Assembly: GCF_009914755.1 (NCBI RefSeq)
Contig: NC_060938.1
Source of the DNA: the human T2T-CHM13v2.0 reference genome, Homo sapiens
Length of the DNA: 64,000 bases
Reading direction: 5' to 3' (one strand)
Below the pieces are notes generated by a model that did not search any database, was not told the origin of the DNA, and saw only the letters and a program-made list of their open reading frames with translations. A program made the translations under genes and the position numbers. Below, piece by piece: positions 15,234-28,559 of this stretch (within the stretch, counting starts at the first letter, position 1; each line of letters starts with the position of its first letter).

Positions 15234-15370
15234 ATGGAAAGATACAGACTTTTCCAGACAGACAAAAACTGAAGAGAATTCGCCACTACCAAGCCACCAC
15301 TACAACAACTGCTAAAAGGAGCTATATGTCTTGAAACAAATCCTGGAAATACATAAGAACAGAACCTCTT

Positions 15371-16431
15371 TATTGGGGGGAAATTCACCCCCAATATTTC
15401 ACATAGGTTCTTTTCTATTTTCCCTAAGTGTCGGCTGGTCTGAGAAATAAAGGGAAAGAGTACAAAAGAGAGAAATTTTAAAGCTGGATGTCCAGGAAAG
15501 ACATCACATGTCAGCAGGTTCCATGATGCCCCCCAAGCTGCAAAACCAGCAAGTTTTTATTAGTGATTTTTAAAAGGGGAGGGAATGTATGAATAGGGTG
15601 TGGGTCACAGAGATCACATGCTTCACAAGGTAATAAAATATCACAAGGCAAATGAAGGCAGGGTGAGATCACAGGACCGGGGCAAAATTAAAATTGCTAA
15701 TGAAGTTTTGGACACACATTGTCATTGATAACATCTTATCAGGAGACAGGGTTTGAGAGCAGACAACCGCTCTGACCAAAATTTATTAGGCAGGAATTTC
15801 CTCATCCTAATAAGCCTGGGAGTGCTACAGGAGACCGGGGTTTATTTCATCCCTTATCTACAACTGTAAAAGACAGATGTCCCCAAAGCGGCCATTTCAG
15901 AGGCCTCCCCTTAGGGACACATTCTCTTTCTCAGGGATGTTCCTTGCTGAGAAAAAGAATTCAGCAATATTTCTCCTATTTGCTTTTGAAAGAAGAGAAA
16001 TATGGCTCTGTTCCACCCAGCCCGCAGGCAGCCAGACTTTAAGGTTATCTCCCTTGTTCCCTGAACATCGCTGTTATCCTTTTTTCAAGGTGCCCAGATT
16101 TCATATTGTTTAAACAATTTGTGTAGTTAATGCAATCATCACAGGGTCCTAAGGCAACATTCATCCTCAGCTTACAAAGATGATGGGATTAAGAGATTAA
16201 AGTAAAGACAGGCATAGGAAACCACAAGGGTATTGATTGGGGAAGTGATAAGAGTCCATGAAATCTTCACAATTTATGCTCAGAGATTGCAGTAAAGACA
16301 GGTGTAAGAAATTGTAAAAGTATTAAAAAATTTGGGGAACTAATAAATGTCCATGAAATCTTCACAATTTATGTTCTTCTGCCATGGCTTCAACCGGTCC
16401 CTCCGTTCAGGGTCCCTGACTTCCCACAACA
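15371..16431 (-). mobile_element. MER11 solo LTR (HERV-K11/HML-8)
   Basis: Reverse complement starts tgttgtgggaagtcagggaccc; perfect 6-bp TSD cctctt at 15365-15370 and 16432-16437. Confidence 0.92.
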
Positions 16432-19400
16432 CCTCTTTAAAGTATAAATCCCACAGGACCTACAAAACAAAAATACAATTTAAAAAACAAAAAACAAAAA
16501 ACCAAGGTACACAGGCAACAAATAGCACGATTAATGGAATGGTACCTCACATCTCAATACAAACGTTGAATGCATATGGCCTAAATGCTCCACTTAAAAG
16601 ATACAGAACTGCAGAATGCGTAAGAATTCACCAACCAACCATCTGCTGCCTTCAAGAGACTCACCTAACACATAAGGACTCACATAAACTTAAAGTAAAG
16701 GGTTGGAAAAAGGCACTCCATGCAAATGGACACCAAAAGCAAGCAGGAGTAGCTATTCTTATACCAAACAAAACAAATTTTAAAGCAATAGCAGTTAAGA
16801 GAGACAAAGAGGGACATTATATAATGGTAAAAGGCCTTGTCCAACAGGAAAATATCACAATCCTAAACATATATGGACCTAACACTGGAGTTTCCAGATT
16901 AATAAAACAATTACTAGTAGACCTAACAAATGAAATAGACAACAACACAATAACAGTGAGTGACATCAATATTCCACTGACAGCACTAGACAGGTAATCA
17001 AGACAGAAATTCAACAACAAAAAAATAGATTTAAACTATACCTTGGAACAAATGGACCTAACAGATATATACAGAACATTCCATCCAACAACGGCAGAAT
17101 TCACATTCTATTCAACAGCACATGGAACTTTCTTCAATTAGACCATATCATAGGTCACAAAATGATCCTCAATATATTTAAGAAAACTGAAATTACATCG
17201 AGCACTCTCTCACACCACAGTGGAATAAAACTGGAAGTCAACTCCAAAAGGAACCTTCCAACCCACGCAAATACATGGAAATTAAATAACCTGCTCCTGA
17301 ACAATCCAATGATCAGGAGCAAAAACGAAATCAAAGTGGAAATTAAAAAGTATTCAAACTGAATGACAATAGTGACACAACCTATCAAAACCTCTGGGAT
17401 ACAGCAAAAATGGTGCTAAGAGAAAAGCTCACAGCCCTAAACACCTACATCAGAAAGACTGAAAGAGCACAAACTGACAATCTAAGGTCTCACCTCAAGG
17501 AACTAGAGAAACAAGAAGAAACCAAACTCAAACCCAGCAGAAGAAAGGAAATACCCAAGATCAGAGCAGAAGTAAATGAAATTGAAACAAAAAAAAATAG
17601 AAAGGATAAATGAAACAAAAAGCTGGTTCTTTAACAAGATAAATAAAATTGATAGACCATTAGCAAGATTAACCAAGAAAAGAAGAGAGGAAACCCAAAT
17701 AAGCTCAGTAAGAAATGAAATGGGAGCTATTACAACTGACACCACAGAAATACAAAAGGATCATTCAAGGCTATTATGAACACATTTACACACATAAACT
17801 AGAAAACCTAGAAGAGATGGATTAATTCCTGGAAAAATACAACCCTCCTAGCTTAAATCAGAAATAATTAGATACCCTGAAATAACCAATAAAAAGCAGT
17901 GGGATTGAAATGGTAATTTAAAATTACCAACATAAAAAAGTTCAGGACCAGATGAATTCACAGCATAAGTCTACCAGACATTCAAAGAAGAATTGGTACC
18001 AATCCTATTGACGCTATTCCAAGAGAGAGAAAGAGGGAACCCTCCCTAATTCATTCTATAGAGCTAGCATCACCCTAATACCAAAACCAGAAAAGAAAAT
18101 AACCAAAAAAGAAAACTACAGACCAATATCCCTGAAGAATATAGATGCTAAAATCCTTAAAAATATACTAGCTAATTGAATCCAATAACATATCAAAAAG
18201 ATAATCCACCATGATCAAGTGAGTTTCATACCAGGGATGCAGGGATGTTTTAATATATGCAAGTCAATAAATGTGATACACCACATAAACAGAATTAAAA
18301 ACAAAAATCACATGATCATCTCAATAGATGTAGAAAAAGCATTTGACAAAATCCAGCATCCTTTATGATTAAAACTCTCAGCAAAATTGGCATACAAGGG
18401 ACATACCTCAATGGAATAAAAGCCATCTATGACAAACCTATAGCCAACATAACACTGAATGGGGAAAAGTTGAAAGCATTCCCTCTGAGAACTGGAACAA
18501 GACAAGGATCCTCACTCTCACCACTCCTCTTCAATACAGTGCTGGAAGTCCTAGCAATCAGATAAGAGAAAGAAAGGGAATCCAAATTGGTAAAGAGGAA
18601 GTCAAGAATTCAACCCCTTTTACAATAGCTGCAAAAATAAAATAAAATACTTAGAAATATACCTAATCACGGAGGTGAAAGACCTCTACAAGGAAAACTA
18701 TGAAACACTGCTGAAAGAAATCACAGACGACACAAACAAATGGAAACACAACCCATGCTCATGGATGGGTAGAATCAATATTGTAAAAATGACCATAGTG
18801 CCAAATGCAATCTATAAATTCAACACAATTCTCATCAAAATATCACCATCATTCTTCACAGAATTCGAAAAAACAATTTTAAAATTCATAAAAAGAGCCC
18901 ACATAGCCAAAGCAAGACTACGCAAAAAGAACAAACCTGGAGGCATCACATTACCTGATTTCAAACTATACTGTAAGGCCATAGTCACCAAAACAGCATC
19001 GTGCTGGTATGAAAACAATCACATAGACCAATGGAACAGAACAGAGAACTCAGAAATAAACCCAAATACTTACAGCCAACTGATCTTTGACAAAGCAAAC
19101 AAAGATATAAAGTGGGGAAAGGACACCCTTTTCATCAAATGGTTCTGGGATAAATGGCTAGCCACATGTAGGAGAATGAAGCTGGATCCTCATCTCTCAC
19201 CTTATTCAAAAATCAACTCAAGATGGATTAAGGGCTTAAATCTAAGACCTGAAACTATAAAAATTCTAGAAGATAATGTTGGAAAAACCCTTCTAGACAT
19301 TGGCTTTGGCAAGGATTTCATAACCAAGAACCCAAAAGCAAATGCAAAAAAACAAAGATAAATAGCTGGGACCTAATTAAACTAAAGAGCTTTTGCACAG

Positions 19401-20034
19401 CAAAAGGAACAGTCAGCAGAGGAAACAGACAACCCACAGATTGGGAGAAAATCTTCACAATCTATACACTGGCAAAGGACTAATATCCAGAATCTACAAT
19501 GAACTCAAACAAACCAGTAAGAAAAAAATAAACAATCCCATCAAAAAGTGGGCTAAGGACATGAATAGACAATTCTCGAAAGAAGATATATAAATGGCCA
19601 ACAAATATGTGAAAAAAAATAATCAACATCACTAATGATCAGGGAAATGCAAATCAAAACCACAATGTGATGCCACCCAACTCCTGCAAGAATGGCCATA
19701 ATAAAAAATAAAATAAAAATAAAAATTTAAAAAAAACAGTAGATGTTGGCATGGATGCGATGAACAGGGAACACTTCTACACTGCTGGTGAGAATGTAAA
19801 CTAGTACAGCCATTATGGAAAACAGTGTGGAGTTTCCTTAAAGAACTAAAAGTAGAACTACCATTTGATCCAGCAATTCCTCTACTGGGTATCTGCACAG
19901 AGGAAAAGAAGTCATTATACAAAAAAGATACTGCACACTTGCACATGTATGTTTATAGCAGCATAATTCACAATTGCAAAATCATGGAACCAACCCAAAT
20001 GCCCATCAAGCAACGAGTGGATAAAGAAACTGTC

Positions 20035-20145
20035 ATGTATATATGTGTGTGTAGATATAGATAGATAGATAGATAGATATCTACACACACACATATATAT
20101 ATACACACACACATATATATGTATATACACACACACACACACACA
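20035..20145. repeat. Compound (TG)/(TAGA)n/(TA)/(CA)n microsatellite inside L1PB
   Basis: Seen directly. Confidence 0.9.
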
Positions 20146-20599
20146 ATGGAAGACTATTCAGCCATAAAAAGGAATGAATTAATGGCATTTGAGTGACCTG
20201 GATGAGATTGGAGACTACTATTCTAAGAGAAGTAACTCAGGAATGGAAAACCACATATCATATGTTCTCACTGATATGTGAGAGCCAAGCTATGAGGACC
20301 CAAAGGCATAAGAATGATACAATGGACTTTGGGGACTTTGGGGGAAGGGTAGGAGCGGGGAAAGGGATAAAAGTCTGCAAAGAGAGTGCAGTGTATACTA
20401 CTCAGTTGATGGGTGCAGCAAAATCGAACAAAGCCCACTAAAGAACTCACTCATGTAACCAAACACCACCTGTACCTCAATAACCTATGCAAAATTTTAA
20501 GAAAAAAAATAAAGAATTATAAATAAATAAATAAATATAAGAGGTACTTTCAGCAGGTGGCCTCTTTTGGTTCCTTTGCTGTTCCACAAGGTGAACAGA

Positions 20600-20790
20600 G
20601 TCATGTAGGAAAACAAAAGCATATTTGAATGCTGACTATCATTTGTTGATGATGGAACTTTAGCAAATCAAGTAATCTCCCTGAGCCTCTCTCTGTTTTC
20701 TCATTTGCCTCATTCCTTTGTCTCAGTGACAAAGGAATCCTGCTTTTTGAAAGCTGCAAAATGCTAGAGAAATACTAGTTATTATTACTA
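20600..20790 (+). mobile_element. MIR fragment
   Basis: aatctccctgagcctc...ctgttttctcatttg...agttattattacta. Confidence 0.5.
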
Positions 20791-21226
20791 TCTGCTAGTT
20801 CAAAGTGTTCAAAGAGACATACATGATTTCTATGAACATACCAGAGATAACTTTAAGAAGAGGAACAATGGGTTAATCATCTAAATGATGTAGTGGAATA
20901 TGAGGGGGCTAGAACCCAACTCTCCCAAAAAAGAAATAAGCCCATCCCTTACCCCTAGTATACCAAAATACTTGATATTCCATCACTGAAAATTCAATTT
21001 TCTCTAACAATTCAATTTCTCTAATAGTGTCAACACCTCAGGGCGAGCTTAGCTCTTATCACCGCATACCCGTATTTCATAATGCCTAACACAGAGTAGG
21101 TGATCAAAAAGTACTAGATAACCATGGAAAAGGGTTTGTCTCTACAAATTCCAAGTTTAAATTCCAACAGAATTGCAAGGTATGTTGAGGTTTTGTGAAT
21201 CATTGACTCTTTAAATGGTTACCTAC

Positions 21227-21648
21227 TGTAGTGGATGCTACAGTGCAATGCTCAGACCGCCACACCGGAGAACTGAAGCACACATTCCCATGGCTACAGG
21301 AGTGTTGAGTACCGGTGGTCCAGAGCTTTCACCTAAGTCCCTTCTTAGACTTGCCCTCAGCTAAAAAGAACCACCTCACCCAAAATCATACCTTCACCCC
21401 CACCCCACACAAGGGTATAAAGGCCCAGCTTTCATGTCTTAATTTGGGCCCATTCTAAAGGACAGTCCTACTCCAGAGCTCTCTGTGGGATCAGCTGAAG
21501 TTTCTGTTACAAATTCATCAACTTCTCCCTGTACCCAATCCTGCCTCCTTCACTCTCCAATAGGTGTTGATCCCTAGATCATTCCCAAGTAAACTTCCAG
21601 CATATAAAATATTCATCTCAGGGTCAGTTTCCTGGGAAAACTCACCCA
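21227..21648 (+). mobile_element. LTR16-family solo LTR (ERVL)
   Basis: tgtagtggatgctacagtgc start; atctcagggtcagtttcctggg end. Confidence 0.65.
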
Positions 21649-22966
21649 TGTTACCTATTCCTCCCATAAATACAGTTAGCTCTAATACTTCAGTTTTCAA
21701 AGAGCTTGAGATGGTGCAAAGCACACACATCCATTTCGATGAGTGAGCTCAAGTAAGAAACCATATTGGGAAACCAGGCCTGCCTTTTGTGCCATTAGAA
21801 ACCTAATAACTATACCAGAAAGATGGTAATTATGGTCATGCTTTTACGAGAAAGCTTAGCTTTCATCAAACCTCTCAAATTTTTTCCTCTTATGATATAT
21901 TAAGAAGACACCCAAGTTCTGAATTTTCTTGCTGTGTTTTATCAGGACAGCATGAAAATGCAATTGCTGATCAATAAGAACTAGTTTGTGGTATCTTTTC
22001 ACACTGTCTCTTTGAGTCACTGGAATGTAACTGTGAAGCTGCTGGTATATTTTCCAAGCTGAGTTATTTGGCCAATGTAACTTTACACATCGAGTAAGTG
22101 TTAAAATTGATGGGAGCAGAATCATTTTTATTGCATTCTGAGAAAAACTATTAATTTAAAGGAATAGTTTACTAAATGTCATTTATTGCATTGATTTTAA
22201 TCTATAACAAGTATATACATAAATTATACTTATTTAATTACATTAAAGAAGCATCAACACACACAACCTGGAAAATACTTGATGTCAAGGGACTACTGAA
22301 TAGAGAACTTCACTATTTGTGTCATTTAAAGGCAACATACCTGGGATTCACTAAATTTAGTTCATTCATTTAACAAACGTAATTTGAGCCTACTTTGTGT
22401 ATTACAACTCTGTACCATCTCAAGAATGTGAACAAAATGGAAATCATGTTTACTTTTACTTTGAAAGCATTTTGCCTGACAGAGTTTGCTATTCCTGTCA
22501 ATCTGCTCAACAGTTTCAATCACGAAGTAATTCCAAACCAGAAGGAAAGATGAACAAATCAAGCTTTGTGGGCTGTCCATCTTTCATGACTTTTAAAAAT
22601 TCTTAATGAGAACCAAATCATCACTGGCTCTGGAACTTTATTCTCTCTCTAAAATCTTAAAGGCTGGTCACTTAGACCCTCCTTCAATCTCCTTAGAAGA
22701 TTTTAAAAATCCAGTAGGAAAATATATTTTTAACTTCACAGCCCTGATTGAATATTTTTAGCAGACTCAAATCTGGGTTCCAGCAAGGTAATTTAATGGT
22801 CTCCATGGTAAAAGAAATGTAGGGTTATTTTCTAACAGCATGGTACATTAAAAAATAAAAATTGTTCTTATGCTTGATGTAGTAGAAGATACAAACACTT
22901 TGATTACACTCAGTCATTACCTTTTTCATCTCTCTGGACAAATAAAATGTCAAGGAAATAAATATT

Positions 22967-22968
<2 letters not shown>

Positions 22969-23000
<32 letters not shown>
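22969..23000. repeat. (TA)n microsatellite
   Basis: Seen directly. Confidence 0.95.
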
Positions 23001-23904
23001 TATCATGAACAAAATGAAGATTTTATTTCCATAAAATATGAATAAATTTCAATTGAACTGGACAGTGTTGCTGAAACTTAGCCCAATATTTAATACAGAA
23101 ATATGATCAGATGAGTTAATATGGATGAAAATGCTTGGTAAACCCAAAGAATTAGCAAAGATGTATGATCATTACTAATCAGCTGTGTGACTAATTTATG
23201 TGGTACCAAATAAGAGACTTTAAATTTTAGCTAGCACTGCAAAACCCATCCTGTAAAATCCTGCATACTTGAATCTGAAAATGATTGATGCTGACAAATT
23301 ACAGGTTCTTTCTGAATATTCTTCCAAGAGTGATATATTTTCAAAACAAGTAGGAACCAGCCAGCTTAGAAGATGACAAAAACACATAATGTGTGCTGTT
23401 AATTGCTGACATTTACATAGAGTTGACACCAGATATCGCTTATGATAGCAATTACTAATAGCAATTTGCATATCCAGAGCCCATAATGAAATTTTGCTAA
23501 ATTCAATTTTTAAAATTTTATTTTCAACCTTCATGCTAATGTTCTTTTTATTAATGTGAAGTATAGAACAAGGCTTCCCAACATTTTTTATTATACACAT
23601 AAAAGCTGATAATGTTTGTAGCAGTTCCCTCCTGGCCACCCTGAGGAATGAGAGAAGTGACATTTAGGCACACCTAAAACCAAAGTGGGGTACTATCTTA
23701 ACATGGTCAGTTTTGCAGAGATCATCTGTTCTATAGTTCTGTAATGCAGCAAACCATGCCAAGCAAAGAATAAGTCCTAGATCTTTATAATTAAGGTAAA
23801 ATCTTATTATAAAAAAATCTTAAAGTTATTTTCACATTTTTATTGAGTTAATTACAATGAATTACATATAACACATGGTTCATGGCCATGTCAGTTCTCC
23901 TTGT

Positions 23905-24420
23905 TGTTGGGATCAAGCCCCCCAAAATCTGGCCATAAACTGGCCCCAAAACCGGCCATAAACAAAATCTCTGCAGCACTGTAACATGTTCATAATGGCC
24001 CTAACGCCCAAGCTGGAAGGTTGTGAGTTTACGGGAATGAGGGCAAGTAACACCTGGCCCACCCAGGGCGGAAAACCGCTTAAAGGCATTCTTAAGCCAC
24101 AAACAATAGCATGAGCGATCTGTGCCTTAAGGACATGCTCCTGCTGCACGCTGCTGCTAGCCCCACCTACTCCTTTAATTCGGCCCATCCCTTTGTTTCC
24201 CATAAGGGATACTTTCAGTTAATCGAATATCTATAGAAACAATGCTAATGACTGGCTTGCTGTTAATAAATATGTGGGTAAATCTCTGTTCGGGGCTCTC
24301 AGCTCTGAAGGCTGTGAGACCCCTGATTTCCCACTTCACACCTCAATATTTCTGTGTGTGTGCCTTTAATTCCTCTAGCACCGCTGGGTTAGGGTCTCCC
24401 CAACCGAGCTGGTCTTGGCA
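23905..24420 (+). mobile_element. MER9a solo LTR (HERV-K9/HML-3)
   Basis: tgttgggatcaagccccccaaaatctggcc...gagctggtcttggca; 6-bp TSD ccttgt/cattgt; AATAAA at 24265-24270. Confidence 0.92.
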
Positions 24421-26131
24421 CATTGTCTATAACACAATACTTCTATTTTGTTGTTTTGTTAGGAAACACAGGCGGCATTCTTACCAGAAAAATCTGAAAG
24501 GCAGGAGTATGTAACAAGCTGATTAACCACATTGGCTATTGCAAAAACAAAGATCTGTTACTTAATCTAAAAAGAAACTGCCCTTTTTCCCACAGTGGGT
24601 CCAAGAGCATGAGAGGATTTCCTGTGGACCAAATATGGACCATTCTGAAAAACAGTCTGAAGTTGTTTGAAATCTTACCCAAGAAAATCCTACCCTGAAA
24701 GGAAGAGCAAGAAGACACCAACAGAGGTCTTGAAAAAAGGGACCACATGAGAACTAGGGGCTGAAGGGGTAGTCCCTTCCAGCAGCCCAGGGCTAGAAGA
24801 GCCCCCAAGGGGAGGCTCAAATAGCCCACAAAAGTGTCCACAAGGTAAGGGCAGCTATAAATGCCTGTCAGGCCCATATATGTGTCATATATACGCATCC
24901 TGCGTCACTGCTGAATCAACACCATCCTGCATCACTGCTGAATCAAATTAGAATATCTGGGACCTTCCCCTCCCCACCAACTCCACAGCTAGCAAATGGA
25001 AGAGGCTGGGAGGCGGAAACAAAGCTTCTTACCCCTAGTCCTCAACAGCAGCCTTAGGTTCTTGATGGGGTGAAGGGAGATTTGAGATTAAGTCACACTA
25101 AGAATTTTCATCATTGTTGAACATCAGACATTCTGTTTTCTGAGTTGAGACTATCTGTAGCTTTAAGTGATGTTAGGACTATTACCTAAAAAATCACCAA
25201 AAAAGTCCTGAGACCTGCCTAGGTTTCATCCTGGGGAGGGAATTATAGTCACCCCCAGTGAGTATACATTAAAAGACCATGAGGGATAAAAAATTAACTT
25301 GTGCTTATTCATGTTATAGATTATACAGAAATTTGCTTAAAACAGAACACCTGTAAATGTACTGCCTTTTCATGTTTACCTTAAACTTTATGAACCTGCT
25401 CTGAGTGGCATACCAAAAATCTGGCCTTTTCAGGACATTTTATAAGAGGAATCCAAGTTTCAAAGTTGTCTGAGAATGTAATTGACCATCTGGAAGAACC
25501 AAAAATGAAATCAAAGTCTACATGAGATAAGAAAATCTTCAGGCAAACTCAGGACCTGAAGTCAATTTCAAAAAAAAAAGAAAATATGGAATTTAAGTTA
25601 TCAAAGAACATATAAACTAGAAAACAAAGCTACATATCTCATGAAAAATCAGAAAATTACTTCAAGCTATCAAAATTATGACCTAAAAATATTGCAAATA
25701 GAAAAAAAAATGGTTGTTAGAGCAATGATACATCTAATTTTTTTACCTGCAAAATTTCTTTCTTTTGAAATTTCATAAGATCCCTGCTGTCAAGTAAAGA
25801 CTAATTTAGTAATGATGCTAAAAGAATATGAAGCTTTCTATTCAGGTTTTCAAAAAGCTTTTTTATTTTGACTTTATATAAAATGAATTTTTGGAGAGAA
25901 GTCTGGGATTTTATAGGAGTGACTTCTTCTTTGTGTACAGTGGTATTGACTGACCAATTGGCTTAAGAAAACATGGATGATAAGTTAGTATGGAAGAAAA
26001 AGAAAATCAAGGAGAGACAGATAATGTAGACTATTTTCAAAGCAACCTTGTACTTTTTAAAAATCACTTATTTTTAATTATGATAAAATATAAATAACAT
26101 AAATTTTACTATTTTAATCTTTTGTAAAAAA

Positions 26132-26424
26132 TTTTTAGAGACACCATCTCTCTCTGTCACCCAGGCGGGAGTGCAGTGGCAGGATCATAGCTCACTGCAG
26201 CCTTGATCTCCTGGGCTCAAGCAATCCTCCTGCATCAGCTTCCCAAGTAGCTAGAACTGCAAACACAGGCCACCACACCCAGCTAGTTTTTTCTAGTTTT
26301 TGTGGAGACTGAGCCCTGCTCTGTTGCCCAGATTGGTCTCAAACTCCTGGACTCAAGTGACCCTCCCATCTCAGTCCCAAAGTGTTGGGATTACAGATTA
26401 CAGGCATGAGCCACTGCACCTGCC
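26132..26424 (-). mobile_element. AluJ
   Basis: Antisense Alu with J diagnostics (gatcatagctcactgcagcc). Confidence 0.9.
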
Positions 26425-26437
26425 TTCTGTTTTAACC

Positions 26438-26749
26438 GTTTTTTTGTTTTTCTTTTTTGTTTTTGTTTTTTAATGGAGTCTCGCTATGTCGCCAGGCTAT
26501 AGTGCGGTGGTGCGATCTCGGCTCACTGCAACCTCCACCTCCCGGGTTCAAGCGATTCTCCTGCCTCCACCTTCTGAGTAGCTGGGACTACAGGCACGTG
26601 CCACCAAGCCCAGCTAATTTTTGTATTTTTAGTAGAGACGGGATTTCAACGTGTTGGCCAGGATGGTCTCAATCTCTTGACCTTGTGATCCGCCCACCTC
26701 AGCCTCCCAAAGTGCTGGCATTACAGGCATGAGCCAGGGCACCTGGCCT
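26438..26749 (-). mobile_element. AluS (Sc-like)
   Basis: Antisense Alu; TSD ttttaacc. Confidence 0.9.
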
Positions 26750-27865
26750 ATTTTAACCATTTTAAGTATACATTTCAGTGGCACTAAGTACATTCACATT
26801 GTTGTACAACCAATATCACCATCCATCCACAAAACAATTTTCATCTTGCCAATCTCAAACTCTGTACCCATTAAACAATATCTCCCCATTCCTCCCTCCC
26901 CTTAACTCCTGACACCCACCATTCTACTCTCTGTCTCTATGAATTTGACTACTCTAAGTGCCTCATATGTGTGGAATCATATAGTATTTGTCCTTTTCTG
27001 TCTGACTTATTTTGTTTAGCATAATGTCCTCATGGTTTATTCATGTTATAGAATGTGTCAGAATTTTCATCCTTTTTAAGGCTGAATAATATTCCACTAT
27101 ATTTGTATACTACATTCCATTTATTCATTTATCCATCATGGACACTTAAGTTGCTTCCACTTTTTGGACTACTGTGAATAATGCTGCTAAGAACATGAGT
27201 TTACGTATATCTATTCAAAATCTGCTTTCACTTATTTGGGGTATATACCCAGAAGTGGAATTGCTAGATCATATGGTAATTCTATTTTTTATTTTTGAGG
27301 AACTGCCATATTGTTTTCCACAGCAGCTACACTACTTTACATGCCCACCAGCAGTGCACAAGGGTTGCAATTTCTCTATACCCTCACCAATACCTGTTTT
27401 CTGTTTCTTTTTCTTTCATAATAGCTATCCTAATGGGTGTGAAGTGATATTGCATTATGGCTTTGATTCATATTGCCCTAATGATTTCCTAGTGATGTTA
27501 AGTATCTTTTCATGTGCCCATTGGCCACTCATATATCTTCTTTGGAGAAATGTCCATTCAAGTCCATAAAGCAACCTTGTATTTTATTCTTTGTTAACTC
27601 TACAAATGATACCATATTAATGTTTTTAAAAATTGATGTTTTCAGCAATCACCACATCTATCTAGCAGCATAAAACAGTTCAAATTTCAGATCCTTTTTT
27701 TTTAATTTTTCATTTTTTGTAGTACTAGTATGCAAGCTTCTTTACAAAGAAAAAAATACCAACCTAGCTACTTTGGGATCCTGTTCAGCTCTGTGCTTGT
27801 AGATCTACACAACCACACAGACAATTAAGTGTAGAAGGCACTCTATCATGTCAGATGATACAGAG

Positions 27866-28559
27866 CTACACTGTCCAATATAATGGCTATAAACCTCATA
27901 TAATTATTGAGCACTTAGAATATGGCTAATCCCAATTGAGATGTTTTATAAGTATAAAATTTACATCAGATTTCAAAGATTTAGTGATATGGTTTAGCTG
28001 TGTTTGCACCCAAATCTCATCTTGAAGTATAATCCCCATAATCCCCACGTGTTGTGGGAGGGACCCAGTGGGAGGTAATTGAATCATGGGGTCGGTTTCC
28101 CCCATGCTGTTCTCATGATAGCGAGTGAGTTCTCATGAGATCTAATAGTTGTATAAGCATCTGGTATTTCCCCTGCTGGCACTCATTCTCTCTCCTGCCA
28201 CCCTATGAAGAGATGCCTTCCACCATGATTGTAAGTTTCCGGAGGACTTCCCAGCCATGTGGGACTGTGAGCCAATTAAACCTCTTTTCTTTATAAATTA
28301 CCCAGTCTGGGGTATTTCTTCATAACAGCATGAAAATGAACTAATACACTTAGTATTTTATAAGTAATGTGAAATATCTCAATAGTTTTTAAACTGATAT
28401 GTTAAAATAATATTTTAGATGTACTGAGTTCAATAAAACATGTAATTAGATTTAATCTCACCTGTTTCTTTTTACCACTTTAATGTGGCCATTGGAAAAT
28501 TTTAAATGACATATGTGACTCTGATTTATGGCTCACATTCTGTTTCTATTGGACTGTAG
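27866..28559. mobile_element. MER33 (hAT-Charlie) split by THE1
   Basis: ctgtccaata...ctattggactg inverted termini; gatttcaaagatttag core. Confidence 0.75.
27985..28348 (+). mobile_element. THE1D-like solo LTR
   Basis: tgatatggttt...ctaataca; 5-bp TSD tttag/cttag. Confidence 0.9.

Larger units (their letters stand above)
12891..20540 (+). mobile_element. Full-length L1PB (PB1-like), inactive
   Basis: 5'UTR catcatggcagatgggaggcaggac, ORF1 from ~14300, ORF2 from ~16540 (APE domain CLQETHL, RT remnants), 3'UTR and A-tail; many stops and frameshifts. Confidence 0.9.
26058..27567 (-). mobile_element. L1MB 3' fragment carrying two Alus
   Basis: Antisense L1MB 3'UTR/ORF2 end; TSD aaagcaaccttgta at 26039 and 27568. 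Confidence 0.85.

Noticed and set aside
16195-16375. Internal direct repeat in MER11 (tccatgaaatcttcacaatttatg)
   Set aside because: A known built-in feature of the MER11 consensus.
18675-19361. 228-aa ORF and other long L1 ORFs
   Set aside because: Fragments of dead L1 ORF2, bounded by stops and frameshifts.
23220-23663. 147-aa minus-strand ORF in unique DNA
   Set aside because: No recognisable homology, domain or splice context; likely chance.
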